Positions 24,430 to 35,400 of a DNA stretch of 64,000 nucleotides are shown here, piece by piece (position 1 is the first letter of the stretch; every line of letters begins with the position of its first letter). Source of the DNA: Takakia lepidozioides (lineage: Eukaryota; Plantae; Bryophyta); contig CM060733.1 in assembly GCA_030704615.1 (NCBI GenBank), positions 15,128,001-15,192,000 on the forward strand, written 5' to 3'. The notes under the pieces are model-generated. The model worked only from the letters and a program-made list of their open reading frames with translations. It was not told the DNA's origin and did not search any database. Made by a program: the position numbers and the translations under genes.

Positions 24430-25190
24430 AACGATCTGGCTTTGGGCCTTCTCTCTCTATCCTCTGCGGAATCAGAATCTCACCTTCCCGGCTTCCTTTC
24501 TGCTGTTTCATGTTCATCAGGGGGTCAATTTCTGTTCTTGCCCCAGTTTGGGATCTCTTAGGGGTATCATTTTGTGGCATATTTGGAAGATGTGGTGCCT
24601 GGTTGTTCACCAAAATGGTAACCCCTGCATTCAGAGGGTGCTGTACTTTGCTCACTCAGATCTCATGTCTGAAGCTCGCCAATCGTGTTTCTTGTGACAC
24701 CTCTTCCTAGGTGCAGCACTGGAAGGAGGGCCCAGTTGCTTTGCAGATTTTGACAACTTCTGGGGAGCAGATGATTCCTGACTCTCGGATCGAATGGGAA
24801 GATTCCCTCCCAATCTGCTGGCAGCTCAGTTAGTGCTAGAAAGTCACCTGCTGAGCCTGATGAGGCTGGGGTGAACTGGAGGCATAAGCGTAGTCTTAGG
24901 AAAGCAAAGTCTAAGACTCAGTTATCCTTCGATGCTCCCCAAAGGAAGAGAGGCAGCATGTAAGTAGTTCTAGCTTAGTTCTGACTACTGTCTTAGTGAT
25001 TCCCTGCCTTCCTGTGTTTCCACTACTCTTCCTTCCTTTTCACATTCTAAGTTTTGGCTCTGAGTGGAACCTCTATACTCTGCCTTCATGGCTTTGTAAG
25101 GTTATTTTTTCCTTACCATTCAATAAAATTTACCAGGGCCACTGTCCCCTGTTCTCTATAAAAAACAAAAAACAAAAGAAAAAATTGTAA
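24430..25190 (+). mobile_element. 3' fragment of an L1-clade LINE
   Basis: Decayed ILWHIWKMWC motif; tail AAGGTTATTTTTTCC..AATAAA..CAGGGCCACTGTCCCCTG plus an A-rich run at 25158-25185. Confidence 0.7.
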
Positions 25191-25382
25191 AAGGAGCCTC
25201 AGAGATCCCAAAGGAAACTTATGAACTACTTAAAGACTGTCTAAGTTAGTTAGAGCGAGGTCATAGGGAACCAGCCAGGCTACCTGTTGTGAGTTGGAAG
25301 ATTACCTCAGTGGGCGTCTGTGAAGGGTGGGGGGAAATGCCCAGATGCGTGTCAGCGAAGGGAGAGCAGCAGGCGGATTGCT

Positions 25383-27962
25383 ATGGCAGTCCAAGCAGGC
25401 GTCGGGGTATCCAAGGTGTTGCTTCTTGTGGGCGCTGGTGTGACGGGCTCAGTTTTGTTGCGTAATTCCAAGGTCTCGGATCTCTTAAACGACGTCCCCA
25501 AGGTAATTGGGGCTCGACTGTTATTGTATAGTTGTTGCTGCCACTCGATTACTGGCTGGACTTTCGTCACTCACAGACTTGGTTGACTCCAACTGAGCCC
25601 TCATCACACTTGGATTTGGATCATCCGGAGAGTTGATGGAGGAGTTGTGAGTCAATTGGGTGCTGTTCATTGTTCTAGATGCCGGATCTTGACTGGACTC
25701 CACCTGCTAGCATATAGTCCAATTGGGATCAGTCCAATTGTGGGTCATTTACAGACTGGGGTTGATCTAATTGTCCCGGTCCAAGTCTCTACATCGTCGC
25801 TTGTGGGTGCAATGTTGCATCAAACCATGGTGAATCCAGACATGTGTGCCGTGTCAATATGGGGGTATGCATCAAGGTCGTGGTGATTAGATGTTCCAGC
25901 TTGTACGTTGTTTCCCGCCCCTTGGATGAAAGGAACCCAAGCTTATATGGAGCCTGACCTACATCCTTAGTCCTAGATCTAAGTTTATGTAGCTGATAAT
26001 GGAAGGATATCGGAAGCATGTGCCCCTTTGATTTGCCCAGAATGTGTACCGCTGAGGAGATACCTAGTCGGGTTTCAATACCCTCCAAGAGCCACGAATT
26101 ATTTCGCTTTGGATTTTTCCACAGCCAATATGATTGCGCCGCCAGACATCCTGTTGAGAAAATTGTGTTTGTTGTCTTTTGCTTTACCGGGAAAGTCTTC
26201 CCCATTCACAGCAGGAGATGGCAGCAGGTCTTCAATCATTCGTGTCAGAGAGTTGGGATGAAGTTAATTATGCTCAGATCAAAGGTGTTGTGACTCCTCA
26301 AGGTGTAGCAGTGCAGAGAGAAATAGTTCCACTGAGCACAAACAGGGAGGGATTTAAGTGGCTGTCAAAGACTTGAAGCCACCCAAGAATTCAGGCTTAG
26401 CCCAAACCCAAACTGCACAGGCAGTAGGCAATAGTTGTCGAAGTTGCAGCATTTGCTTGTATCTGTGGTGTGGGAGGCTGCCAGATACACCGTTGGTGGA
26501 GAAACATGTTGGTGGACTGCACTTGTCCAACGTCCCAAGTTGATTCGTCACTTCAGAAGCCCATATATCTGTAAAAGCACTGTAGGATTCCTTCCTCAAA
26601 TGTTGTTTGAAGGTCAGCTATGCCATGGACATGGCCAAGACAAAGCAGCATACCCTCAGGAAACAAAGGAGAGCTCCATATGATATCTCAAAACTAGACT
26701 TCAGGTGGACATGACCTAACCTAATTTCCTCCCAAAGGTAGAGTGCTGCATGTTAGACTGATGAGCAATGGCCTTATCAGATGCAGGCCTCCCGCACCGT
26801 TGTTAGGGTTGTATATGCTGTCAGCAGGTAAAATTTGCTCAACTGGGAGTGCATCCCGAAAAGATCATCAGCTAATGAGTATACGGTTACAGAGGCTTCA
26901 GTGTCCCTGCATAGGAGAAAATATTCCTCTGTAATCCTCTCCACAAGGCTGCGGCAAACAACATCTCATGAGCACATTCTCTGTTACAGGGGCTTCATTG
27001 TCCCTTCCTAGGAGCTAAGCTTCCTCTTTTAGCCTCTCTCTGATGAAAGTGGTCCATATATTTGTTGCTAGGTGTTGGCCAAACATCTGAAAGAGGAAGG
27101 GGATGGATCATCGAATGGCGGGGAGACAAGTACTCTCTACATGCAAGTTCATCAATTGACTCAAGAATTGAGACAGCTAGCAGCTTCATCCAGAGACATC
27201 ACTGTTGTAAATGGGACTGGGAAAAACTCTGGTAATCTTACGTCACTGGTTGTTCCAATAGCGGTCATAGGGGCTGCAACTTATGGGTATATGTGGTGGA
27301 AGGGATTGTCATGGACAGAAGTCATGTATGTCACTCGAAGACAGATGTCAAATGCAGTGGGAAGCTTCTCAAAACAACTGGAGCAAGTTTCCACTGCCCT
27401 CACAGCCACGAAAAGGCAACTGACAGCCAAGATAGAATCTGTGACAAAGACTCTGAACGATAGTCTCGCAATGCAAGGGTTGATCAAAGACCAGGTAATT
27501 GTAATTCGAGAAGAGGTGAAAAGAAGTAGGGCTGAGATTGATGAGGTGCAGCGGCTTGTCCAAGGCTTGGAGGTGAAGATCGATGGAGTCCAAGGGAAAC
27601 AGGACTTTGCCAACCAGGGCATCATTTTGCTTTGCAGGTTTGTTGCATCCAGAGAGATGTTCCAACAGCCAGAGCGCCTTCAGGGATTTCAGTCATGGTC
27701 GTTGAATGCTCCCTCTTTACAACCTTTGGCATCAGATCGCGAACCTCCTTTATCAGGATTGAAGAAGTTGCAGTATTACTCAGAGTTGGTTGCAGCAGGG
27801 ACCCCTGGGGACAAAGAAGGGCGGCCAGATGCAGGTACTGCAAATGGCGATGGGAATGTGACGCCTGTCCCAACTCTGGGTTTGGCACTCAAGGGCAAAG
27901 GCCATCCAAGCCCAGGGCTACACAGAGGTTTTTCGTGTGCCCGGTCTTTAGCGAACACTTAA
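25383..27962 (+). CDS. DUF1664-family protein (coiled-coil/bZIP-like), 2 exons (25383-25502, 27072-27962), ~336 aa
   Basis: MAVQAGVGVSKVLLLVGAG N-terminus; GAATYGYMWWKGLSWTEVMYVTRRQMSNAV..KQLEQVS signature; phase-0 GT-AG intron. Confidence 0.9.
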
Positions 27963-29622
27963 TTCACCAGATCTGAAGCCCATCTTGCCACCAACTATAA
28001 AGCCCACCATTGGGGTGACCTCCATTTGAGAGCGCGCTGAGTGAAGTGGCAGATACCCCATATTCTTGTATCCAGGATAGATTACCCATAGTAACACAAA
28101 TTGACATTTGCTGTTTTCTCAGCAGTGCGACATGAAGATTAACATTGCGCACGTGTACTGTTTTTCTGCAATCATGAGTTTCTTTAGAGAAAAGTCAAGA
28201 CTCCATCTGTAATGTGAACTGAAAGTTGAAGTCCAAAGAGGCACATTGAAATAGGTCATTGTCACATAACACCAATATGCTGCGAGTTTCTTTGAAGGCC
28301 TTTGCTAAAACTGGTGAGAATCTTTCTGGTGGGGATGTTGTGTGTAGGGGATCCTTGTTGACTATCTGGACTTTCCATTGAGAGATAGAATGTATCCAGT
28401 GGACTCCTCACCAAAGCCTTGAAGAGTGTGTGCTTGTTATGGACAAGCACCGGGCTGGGGGGCAAGACAGTGTGGGGTCATGCCCTAGCCAAGGTCTCAG
28501 GAGCTTGCTGTTCAAATTAAAATTGGTGCTCTTCATTCAAACTTCCTTGTGTTTATAACTTAACTCAATGTGTAAAGTTCACCATGACTCAGCCAAGGAC
28601 GGACACCGGAGAGTGTGCGAGGAAGAGAGACGATATACTCATAAGCCAACATGTGCCCCTCGAGCAAGCAAATGTACCCGTAAGACGTCTGCATACACCC
28701 TCGCCCAAACCCTACGTTGTTTGCTCGAGCCTCGAGCACAAGACAGGGAGAGAGAAATGTCATATTGACATGCAGAAATTCCCGTTGGTTGTCGGCAGTC
28801 CGGACAGCTCCCCACACCTTGGTCGCTTTCCGGCTCGCACGCTTACTCACATTTAAGCTGTCTCAATTTGGTAGTCAAGTAAATAGAGAAGAACAACAGC
28901 TCTATGTACATTATGCAAATAGGAACAGAAAGGATAAAACTTCATAACAAACTCCAAAGAGGTATATATAGACAGAATGTACTCGTAAGACTTTGTTTGC
29001 TGTAGCCTTGTGGCCATTGACCCTGGCACAGTTTGAGCGGAACCCAAAGGGACAGAACCTACCTTAGGGGCTGACACCAGTAGTAAGACTTACCTCGGAA
29101 TAAACAATTGATCTGGGTTTTCCAGATATCTTCTAGAAATCCCTTTCAACCTGCTCTGTGTGGGTTGCCCACTAGGCACTGAAAGGGCCTGGCTTTTGGC
29201 TCAGCCTTGAGACTTTCAAAGTTGGTAAACAGAGGTACAGGCACAATTCCCTTGATAGATTTGAAGAGAGTGTCTCTCTGGTGAGAGAACCCCGGACAAT
29301 GAATCAGAAAATGAATATTGTAATATATAGACAGAGTCTGAACAATAGCATTACATGGAAGGATAACCCTCTCACCCCGTATGTGGAGATAAGTGTGCAA
29401 AAAATGAAACAAAGAAGCCTCAAATGAAGTAATGAATACCACTTTTCAACTCCAGTCGAACCCAATGTTGCACCAAAGCAGTGGGGCAGTTCTTCCACCT
29501 CCTATAGCAAAGGACCTTCCTTAACAGCCTCTTGGTACATCAAGACACATCAAAAACTCATGAGCAATGTGTGCTTGAAAAATTCTGAGGGTCCAATGCC
29601 CAATCAATTATGGTTTCTCTAA

Positions 29623-31423
29623 CTACTCATAAAGCTCCCATCCATCAAATGCGGTGCGCCCAGTTTTTCCTCTCACAGTATTTAGTACACCTTTGAATGC
29701 AGCATAGACATTGAAGAAGGTACCAAGAGCAAACATATCCACCAGAGAAACATCTTTGAAAGCCTGCAAATCACGATCACTTGGTCTTCCAGGGCTGATG
29801 CCTATTCCTTTGCCAGCACCGGCAGCCATCGAAAAACCATCAGCTGCAAAGAAAAGTCTCCGACATTAAGGCACTGCCAGATAGAGAAAAGCAGAGACTA
29901 AATTTTTGACCATAGACTTCAACCCATAACCAATAATTGTTCATTCACCATAGCCAGCTATAAATCTGCATTCTGTGATGAGGTCTATTGCCATACATGG
30001 AGACCTGCACACGTGGCCAGAGGAACTTTGGGACAAAGTAGAACTACAAAGCAAAAGACCCCAACTGTGACTCGCAGATGGAAAGACTGTACTCCTAAGA
30101 CGTTGTTTGCCATAGCCTTGTGGCCGTAGACCCCGCACGCAGTTTGGGCGGAACAAAAGGGATGCAGTTGGAAAGAAAGAATTAAAAAGAAAACAACTTT
30201 GTGAAGTCCATGAGGGGGAGGGGGAGAGAGAGAGAGAAATGCTTCTAGATCCAAGGTAAGAACTAAGAAATCCAAATATCCTGGAGTGTGGAGGGCAAGC
30301 CTGATATATCACATGTCCAACAGCTCCAATCAGAAGGGTGCATAGCTTTGATACAATGCCATTACATTACATGAGTTTGAAGGGAACAACTTACTCGGTA
30401 CTCGTTGAGTGCAAATCAGCTTGTTATCCACTAGGCCAGCATCCACAAATTTTATCAAGCCTTTCACTTTCACTGTTTCAATGTGGCCATATGGTAGGTA
30501 CTTGCCCAGCACCAAAACATCCAGCGGGTCCCCTGCATCCACATTGAACTGTGATGTAAGAAAGATATCTTTCACATGTGCTGGTAGCCAATGCGTATTC
30601 ATAATTACTGATGAGTTCAGGTGAATCTGTTTCGAGTTTTTTCCCATAAAAAATTAGTATGCACCACAAGGGCCGGACACACACCCTGAGACACAGCTGT
30701 GAGCAAGTAGTTATCAAACACAGCCTTCCAAGTCCTCATTTGGAAGCTATGTCTACTCTGCCCACTTTCAGGGAGTTCCAAAGACCAGGACAATGAAAAT
30801 CAATTCCAAACAGACACTAAGTTTTCTGGAAGACAGGAATAGCGTGCAGTTCCAATACCATCAGCGGCAGGCACAGCTGGCACAGAGCCATAATTGAATG
30901 GAGACGGCAACGGTGCCACAAAATCAATGGAACCATTGGGGCTTCGTTTCACAAAGCTCCCTTGCGACACCTCCACCACGACCTCTACGAACCCCGGCTG
31001 CCCATCTCTGTCCCTCTGTTATGACCAATCCCTTCATGCATGTTACAATCTGAAATTGGGGTTGTGCCTATCTTGTACTCGCACCCTCCCATTGATTTCA
31101 GCCTTTGACCCTGCAATGTGACGGCAGTGCATCCCAGCCGCGTCTCACATTGTGTTAGGGTAGAGTTCTACAAAGCAGTACCCATATCTACATGCTTTTG
31201 CTTATGAGGTCAATGTCTTCTCACACTCTAAAAGAAAACATATACACTGAAGCCTCAACAGGAAGACTTACACCAGAACGTACACTGCACTCTCAGAGTC
31301 GAGTCACCCAACCTTAAATGATGGGGGCACATAGGCATTGCAGGATTGAATGGAAGAAGTGGGGCGAGCACAGGCCCGGGTGCAGGCGACTGCAGCCATG
31401 GCTCCCGTGTTCACCATCGCCAT
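29623..31423 (-). CDS. Atypical family-I soluble inorganic pyrophosphatase-like protein with probable transit peptide; 5 exons (31423-31313, 31167-31085, 31007-30859, 30532-30395, 29843-29623), ~233 aa
   Basis: Spliced product VEVVVEVSQGSFVKRSPNGSIDFVAPLPSPFNYGSVP..ADGDPLDVLVLG..DAGLVDNKLIC..FFNVYAAFKGVLN..GRTAFDGW; DGDPLDV matches the PPase signature; all junctions are phase-compatible GT-AG (exon 2/3 boundary less certain). Confidence 0.8.
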
Positions 31424-31595
31424 CTGCAATCTTCTGCTACCTCCCCAGTCGACACAAACTCACAGTCAAAGGTACCGTTCTCCAGCACCCTTAAAGCTCT
31501 GTCGCATTCCAACAACAAAGCAAGGCTTGGCCTCTACACACCGTACCTCTATGAAGGTAATGTCAAGCACGTTTATAAGGGGTTCTGTTACCTGT

Positions 31596-31760
31596 ATAGG
31601 GTAATAATGCCCGAGTGGAGGGCATTTCCATTTTTGAGGTGGAATGCACGAATGCACCTACCGTATGAAGAATTCCATTGTACGATGAATTCTACTTTTA
31701 ACGGCACGATAAATACAAACAAAATTTTTGGGCAGTCACGTTTTACGATAGTTTTTACAG
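31596..31760. repeat. Inverted copy of the 21490-21749 element, upstream of the PPase gene
   Basis: See the 21490-21749 feature. Confidence 0.65.
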
Positions 31761-32800
31761 TCTAAATATCACCGCTATAAACGTTAAACTACCGTAAATG
31801 TTAAGAAACTTTTACTCCCCTGCTTGTGCACACTAGAAGCAAACGTGAAGAGTTATTTGTTAGCAAATGTTTACTCCCCTCTTCATTGATTTGCCCTTAG
31901 TAAATGTTAAGTGTACCCTGAAGGCTATGAGATGTGCTCACTGAGCTAGCTTGAGCTAAGCTTCTTTTTACCTTCCAGGTAGGTTAATCCCTTCGAAGTC
32001 AAAAGTCCTTTCGCTTGTAGCCAGTGTTTGGACATGCAGCTTATTTATTTTGTTGGTATTTCAGTTCCAACGTTGCAATTTCCAATGACACCAAGGGAAT
32101 TATACCGCACGTAATGCTAAGAATCTTAAGTGAGGTTAATTTGATATTTTTCCGAAGGAGCAGTTGGTCGATTTTTCCGAACTCCTTTCGGGCCGAAGAA
32201 CATCTCAGAGCTTGCTATCAGGGCAGGAAGAGCATAGTAGAAGACCGCAAAATATACATCAGACCAAAACGTGAGCAAGGACAACATTTACAGAATTCAC
32301 AGCTATGTAATCCATTGAGCGGCGAACTGGGCTTTCAAGAAATAGGGGAGAATGCCTCTGTTGACAGCATTGTTCTTGGGGATGCAAGCGCCTCGCTTCC
32401 TAAATAGGAGACATTGCTGCCTCTTCTCAACATGTGACAACACCCCCTCCATCTCTTCGCGGACTCTGAAGCTGCAAGGTAGGAAACATGGCAATCTGCA
32501 GAGGACGCTCGGAGATCTGTTTGGTCAAGGGGGTGAGCACCTCTGTCTTCACCAGAGAGCGTCTGCAGTCGCAACCGGGATGTCATGCTCTGCGTTGACC
32601 GCAGGACAGGAAGAAGGTCGGTTGGCTGCAGCAGTATAAGCAGGACGGTCTGGGACACCCACCGATTCAATAGCCAAGTGTCCTTTACAGACTCCTCTGA
32701 CTGCGGTCTCTTTAATTGTAGTCACAGTCACAACAGTGGACACTGGGAAACCTTCAGTTGAAGGGGCCGATGTGCGGAGACCCTGGAACGGCTGTAGTAC

Positions 32801-35400
32801 TCATCGAGGAGAATGTGCCGTGATAGTGTCCCACTTTGAGCGTTTTTCCTTCACCAAAGTGGATGTCGGAGGAGACAGGTTAGGCATTGGCAGCTCAGAA
32901 ACTTCTGAGACAGGGCGCATAATGCCTAATGGTCGAGGGAAACATGCCAAGGAAGATTGACCAGGAAGCTCGCTTTCCTGGCACCGACTTAGGCAGGGAT
33001 TTTTGGTCTTCTCGGACCCTGCTGCAAATGTCGTCCCACTTCTTTTATTGGAGCCAGGATGCCGTTTAGGAGGTGTGAAAGAAAACTGGGAAAGGTTCAC
33101 ACCCTTTGAAACATATAGTGGCTGATTATCTAGAAACCTGCATATGCCGTTCAACACAAAGACATTATAAAGAGTATTACAGGAGGGAAGATATAAGATA
33201 CAGGTCAAATTTGCATATACTCTTTCGACCTCTGTATAAGAACCACAGGCCAATCTTGCTATGAAATCAAATCAGGTAAAAGCACTATCATTGAAAGTAT
33301 AGAGCTTTAAAGGAGATGCAACAAGAGTGGCTAGCCAGAAATTACTAATGCAGCTACTATCCGCAGAAGCAATGAACTTACTTTCGAACGTCAACCATGG
33401 AGCGCAGTCTTTTGCCGCAGGGCGTCTTGTAGTAGCTGCAGGAACCAAACAATGAATAATATAAATGTGCTTGAGCAAAGACGCGGTCAGTCCTCCTACT
33501 ATACCTGATGGATATACACATACGAATAAGCAGGGGCGTCTTGTAGCTGGAGGAACCAAAGGATGAATTTAATGTAGATGTGCTTGAGTAAAGACACGAT
33601 AAAGTCAGATGCCTGATGGATACACATTGCAGATAAGCTAAACATGTAAGGCGGGAACATACACATCAGCGAATCGAGAACATAGTTCCCCCCTTATGAC
33701 AACTTTCCGGTGAAAGCCTTGCGGTGGGTAAGGAATGCCGTGCTTGTCGACAGCCCACACAAGGGAGGGTTCATCCTCTGAGAGATCTGACGGGTCGTTG
33801 CATGAAACATCCTTTCGCCAAGCTTGGGCATTCTGACAATTCCATGGCTGCTCTAGAATTCGCTCCCCAATGGCCTGGTACTGCTCCTCTGTAGGTATGA
33901 TTCTCCACTTCCCACAGACACAGCACTGTACCGTGTAAGTACCGACCGTTAGCGCTGACGACCTGCACAATGTGCTCAGTTCAGAGTCATTAGAGAATAA
34001 AAACGTTGATTGACGAACTTCAATATCTCTCGACCTTCCAGTGGTGCATATTGTGCAACGATTGATGCACATCAGGTCCAGCTATAGTCTTGCCGAGCTC
34101 ACTCTTAGCCACTGCCCGAGTTTTCCAGAGACGGGGTTGATCACTTGCCAAACTTGCCGTGGAGGTGCAAATACGAACTCTACATAAGTCGGAGATTCTC
34201 AATGTCTTTCAGTTGGATACTTGTCGATGTAAACTTAACTTAGACAAGTCTTAACCATGAGGATATCTATTTATAAATCGTACTGGATTCTGAGAATCAA
34301 AACTCGTCCGTAAAATCTATAATGTACCTTGGAGTATCTGGAACCTTGCCTCCTCCCAAACTCTCCCAGCCTAAGTTAGAACCCGTGCCAGGGCCGTCAA
34401 CTGCAGCGCGAATCTGCACAACACAAGGTGCAGCCACCGGAGGTCCTCCCCGTAGCGATTGACTCCCATCGCCGGAAGTCTTTTCAGCAGATTTTGCTGT
34501 GGCAAGGGGAATAACTGCACGCTCAACTTGAGGTGTTCCGTAACACAGAATCTTGCTATCTTCTGGAGAAACATTTAGCAAAAATGCCCCGGGTTCGGTA
34601 TCCACCACAACGTCATTGTCTTCTGTCAAATCTATCACCACAGGACCGAATACACCTGCCACATGAATAAACAAGATTCACAAACAGCTTCCAAAATAAT
34701 TAATTACCAGTTTCCTAACTCCGATTCTGCATGCAGCATAGCCAGCCTGTCATACAGGCCACGACTTAGTTATAGACGCCTCCCCAAGGGAGCGTAAATT
34801 ATTCACCACAAGGGCTACTGCCTTCCAGCTGAAAGGTGGACACCTTCATGACACACCAGATCGTGGTTTGAACCCACAACCACATCCAACGTGGTATGTG
34901 CCCATTACCACTGGGCTACATGCTGGTTGTCATACAGGCCACGATCTGATGTGCGAAGGGCTAATAAACCGAGGTGCCTGTATCCGGGGAGAGATACTCT
35001 GGACAATTACAGCTGCCCAGTGAACTCTTTCAAGAGTGCTTAATCACCGGTCAGACTCGCCTAATTAATAAATTCTACACAAGTTCAGCTAATTAGATAG
35101 AGGGAGCCAGCCTAATTGACGTCCCAAACGCAAGATAAACTCAGTTGCGTACGTCAGTTTCACAACCACCATGTAGAGGTGTCAGGCCATTGCTCCAGAC
35201 AACAAGATACTAGAACACTACGAAGCCTGCAGCAATGTTTTTGAAATTATGTCCTCCAAATCGGGGATGGAATTTGTTCCTGAAGCATCACCTGTATGAG
35301 GTAGGAAAAGGTCCTTTGTACTGACTCCCGCGCTGGCCTCTGATGCAGTCGGAACAATACGGGTTCCCCCCTCTTGCGTGTCAACCTTCACCGACGCCAT
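32801..35400 (-). CDS. CW-type zinc finger plus methyl-CpG-binding domain protein (MBD2-like); exons ~35400-35292, 34655-34328, 33962-33663, 33435-33382, 33137-32801
   Basis: TVQCCVCGKWRIIP..WNCQNA..SCNDPSD (zf-CW); WAVDKHGIPYPPQGFHRKVVIRG..FADVYYKTPCGKRLRSMVDVRKFL..LSQFSF (MBD); phase-compatible GT-AG; 5' exons less certain. Confidence 0.8.
34765..34927 (-). mobile_element. tRNA-derived SINE (163 bp) in the MBD intron, with a 17-bp TSD
   Basis: A-box TAGCCCAGTGG and B-box GGTTCAAACC on the minus strand; TSD TGTCATACAGGCCACGA at 34748-34764 and 34928-34944. Confidence 0.88.

Noticed and set aside
25900-26760. Coding-like stretches in the DUF1664 intron (recombinase- or LINE-like)
   Set aside because: Too degraded; no motif could be confirmed
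28568-28850. Possible solo LTR (TGT..ACA)
   Set aside because: Terminal repeats are weak, flanks (ctcaa / tttaa) do not form a convincing TSD and there is no second copy in the window
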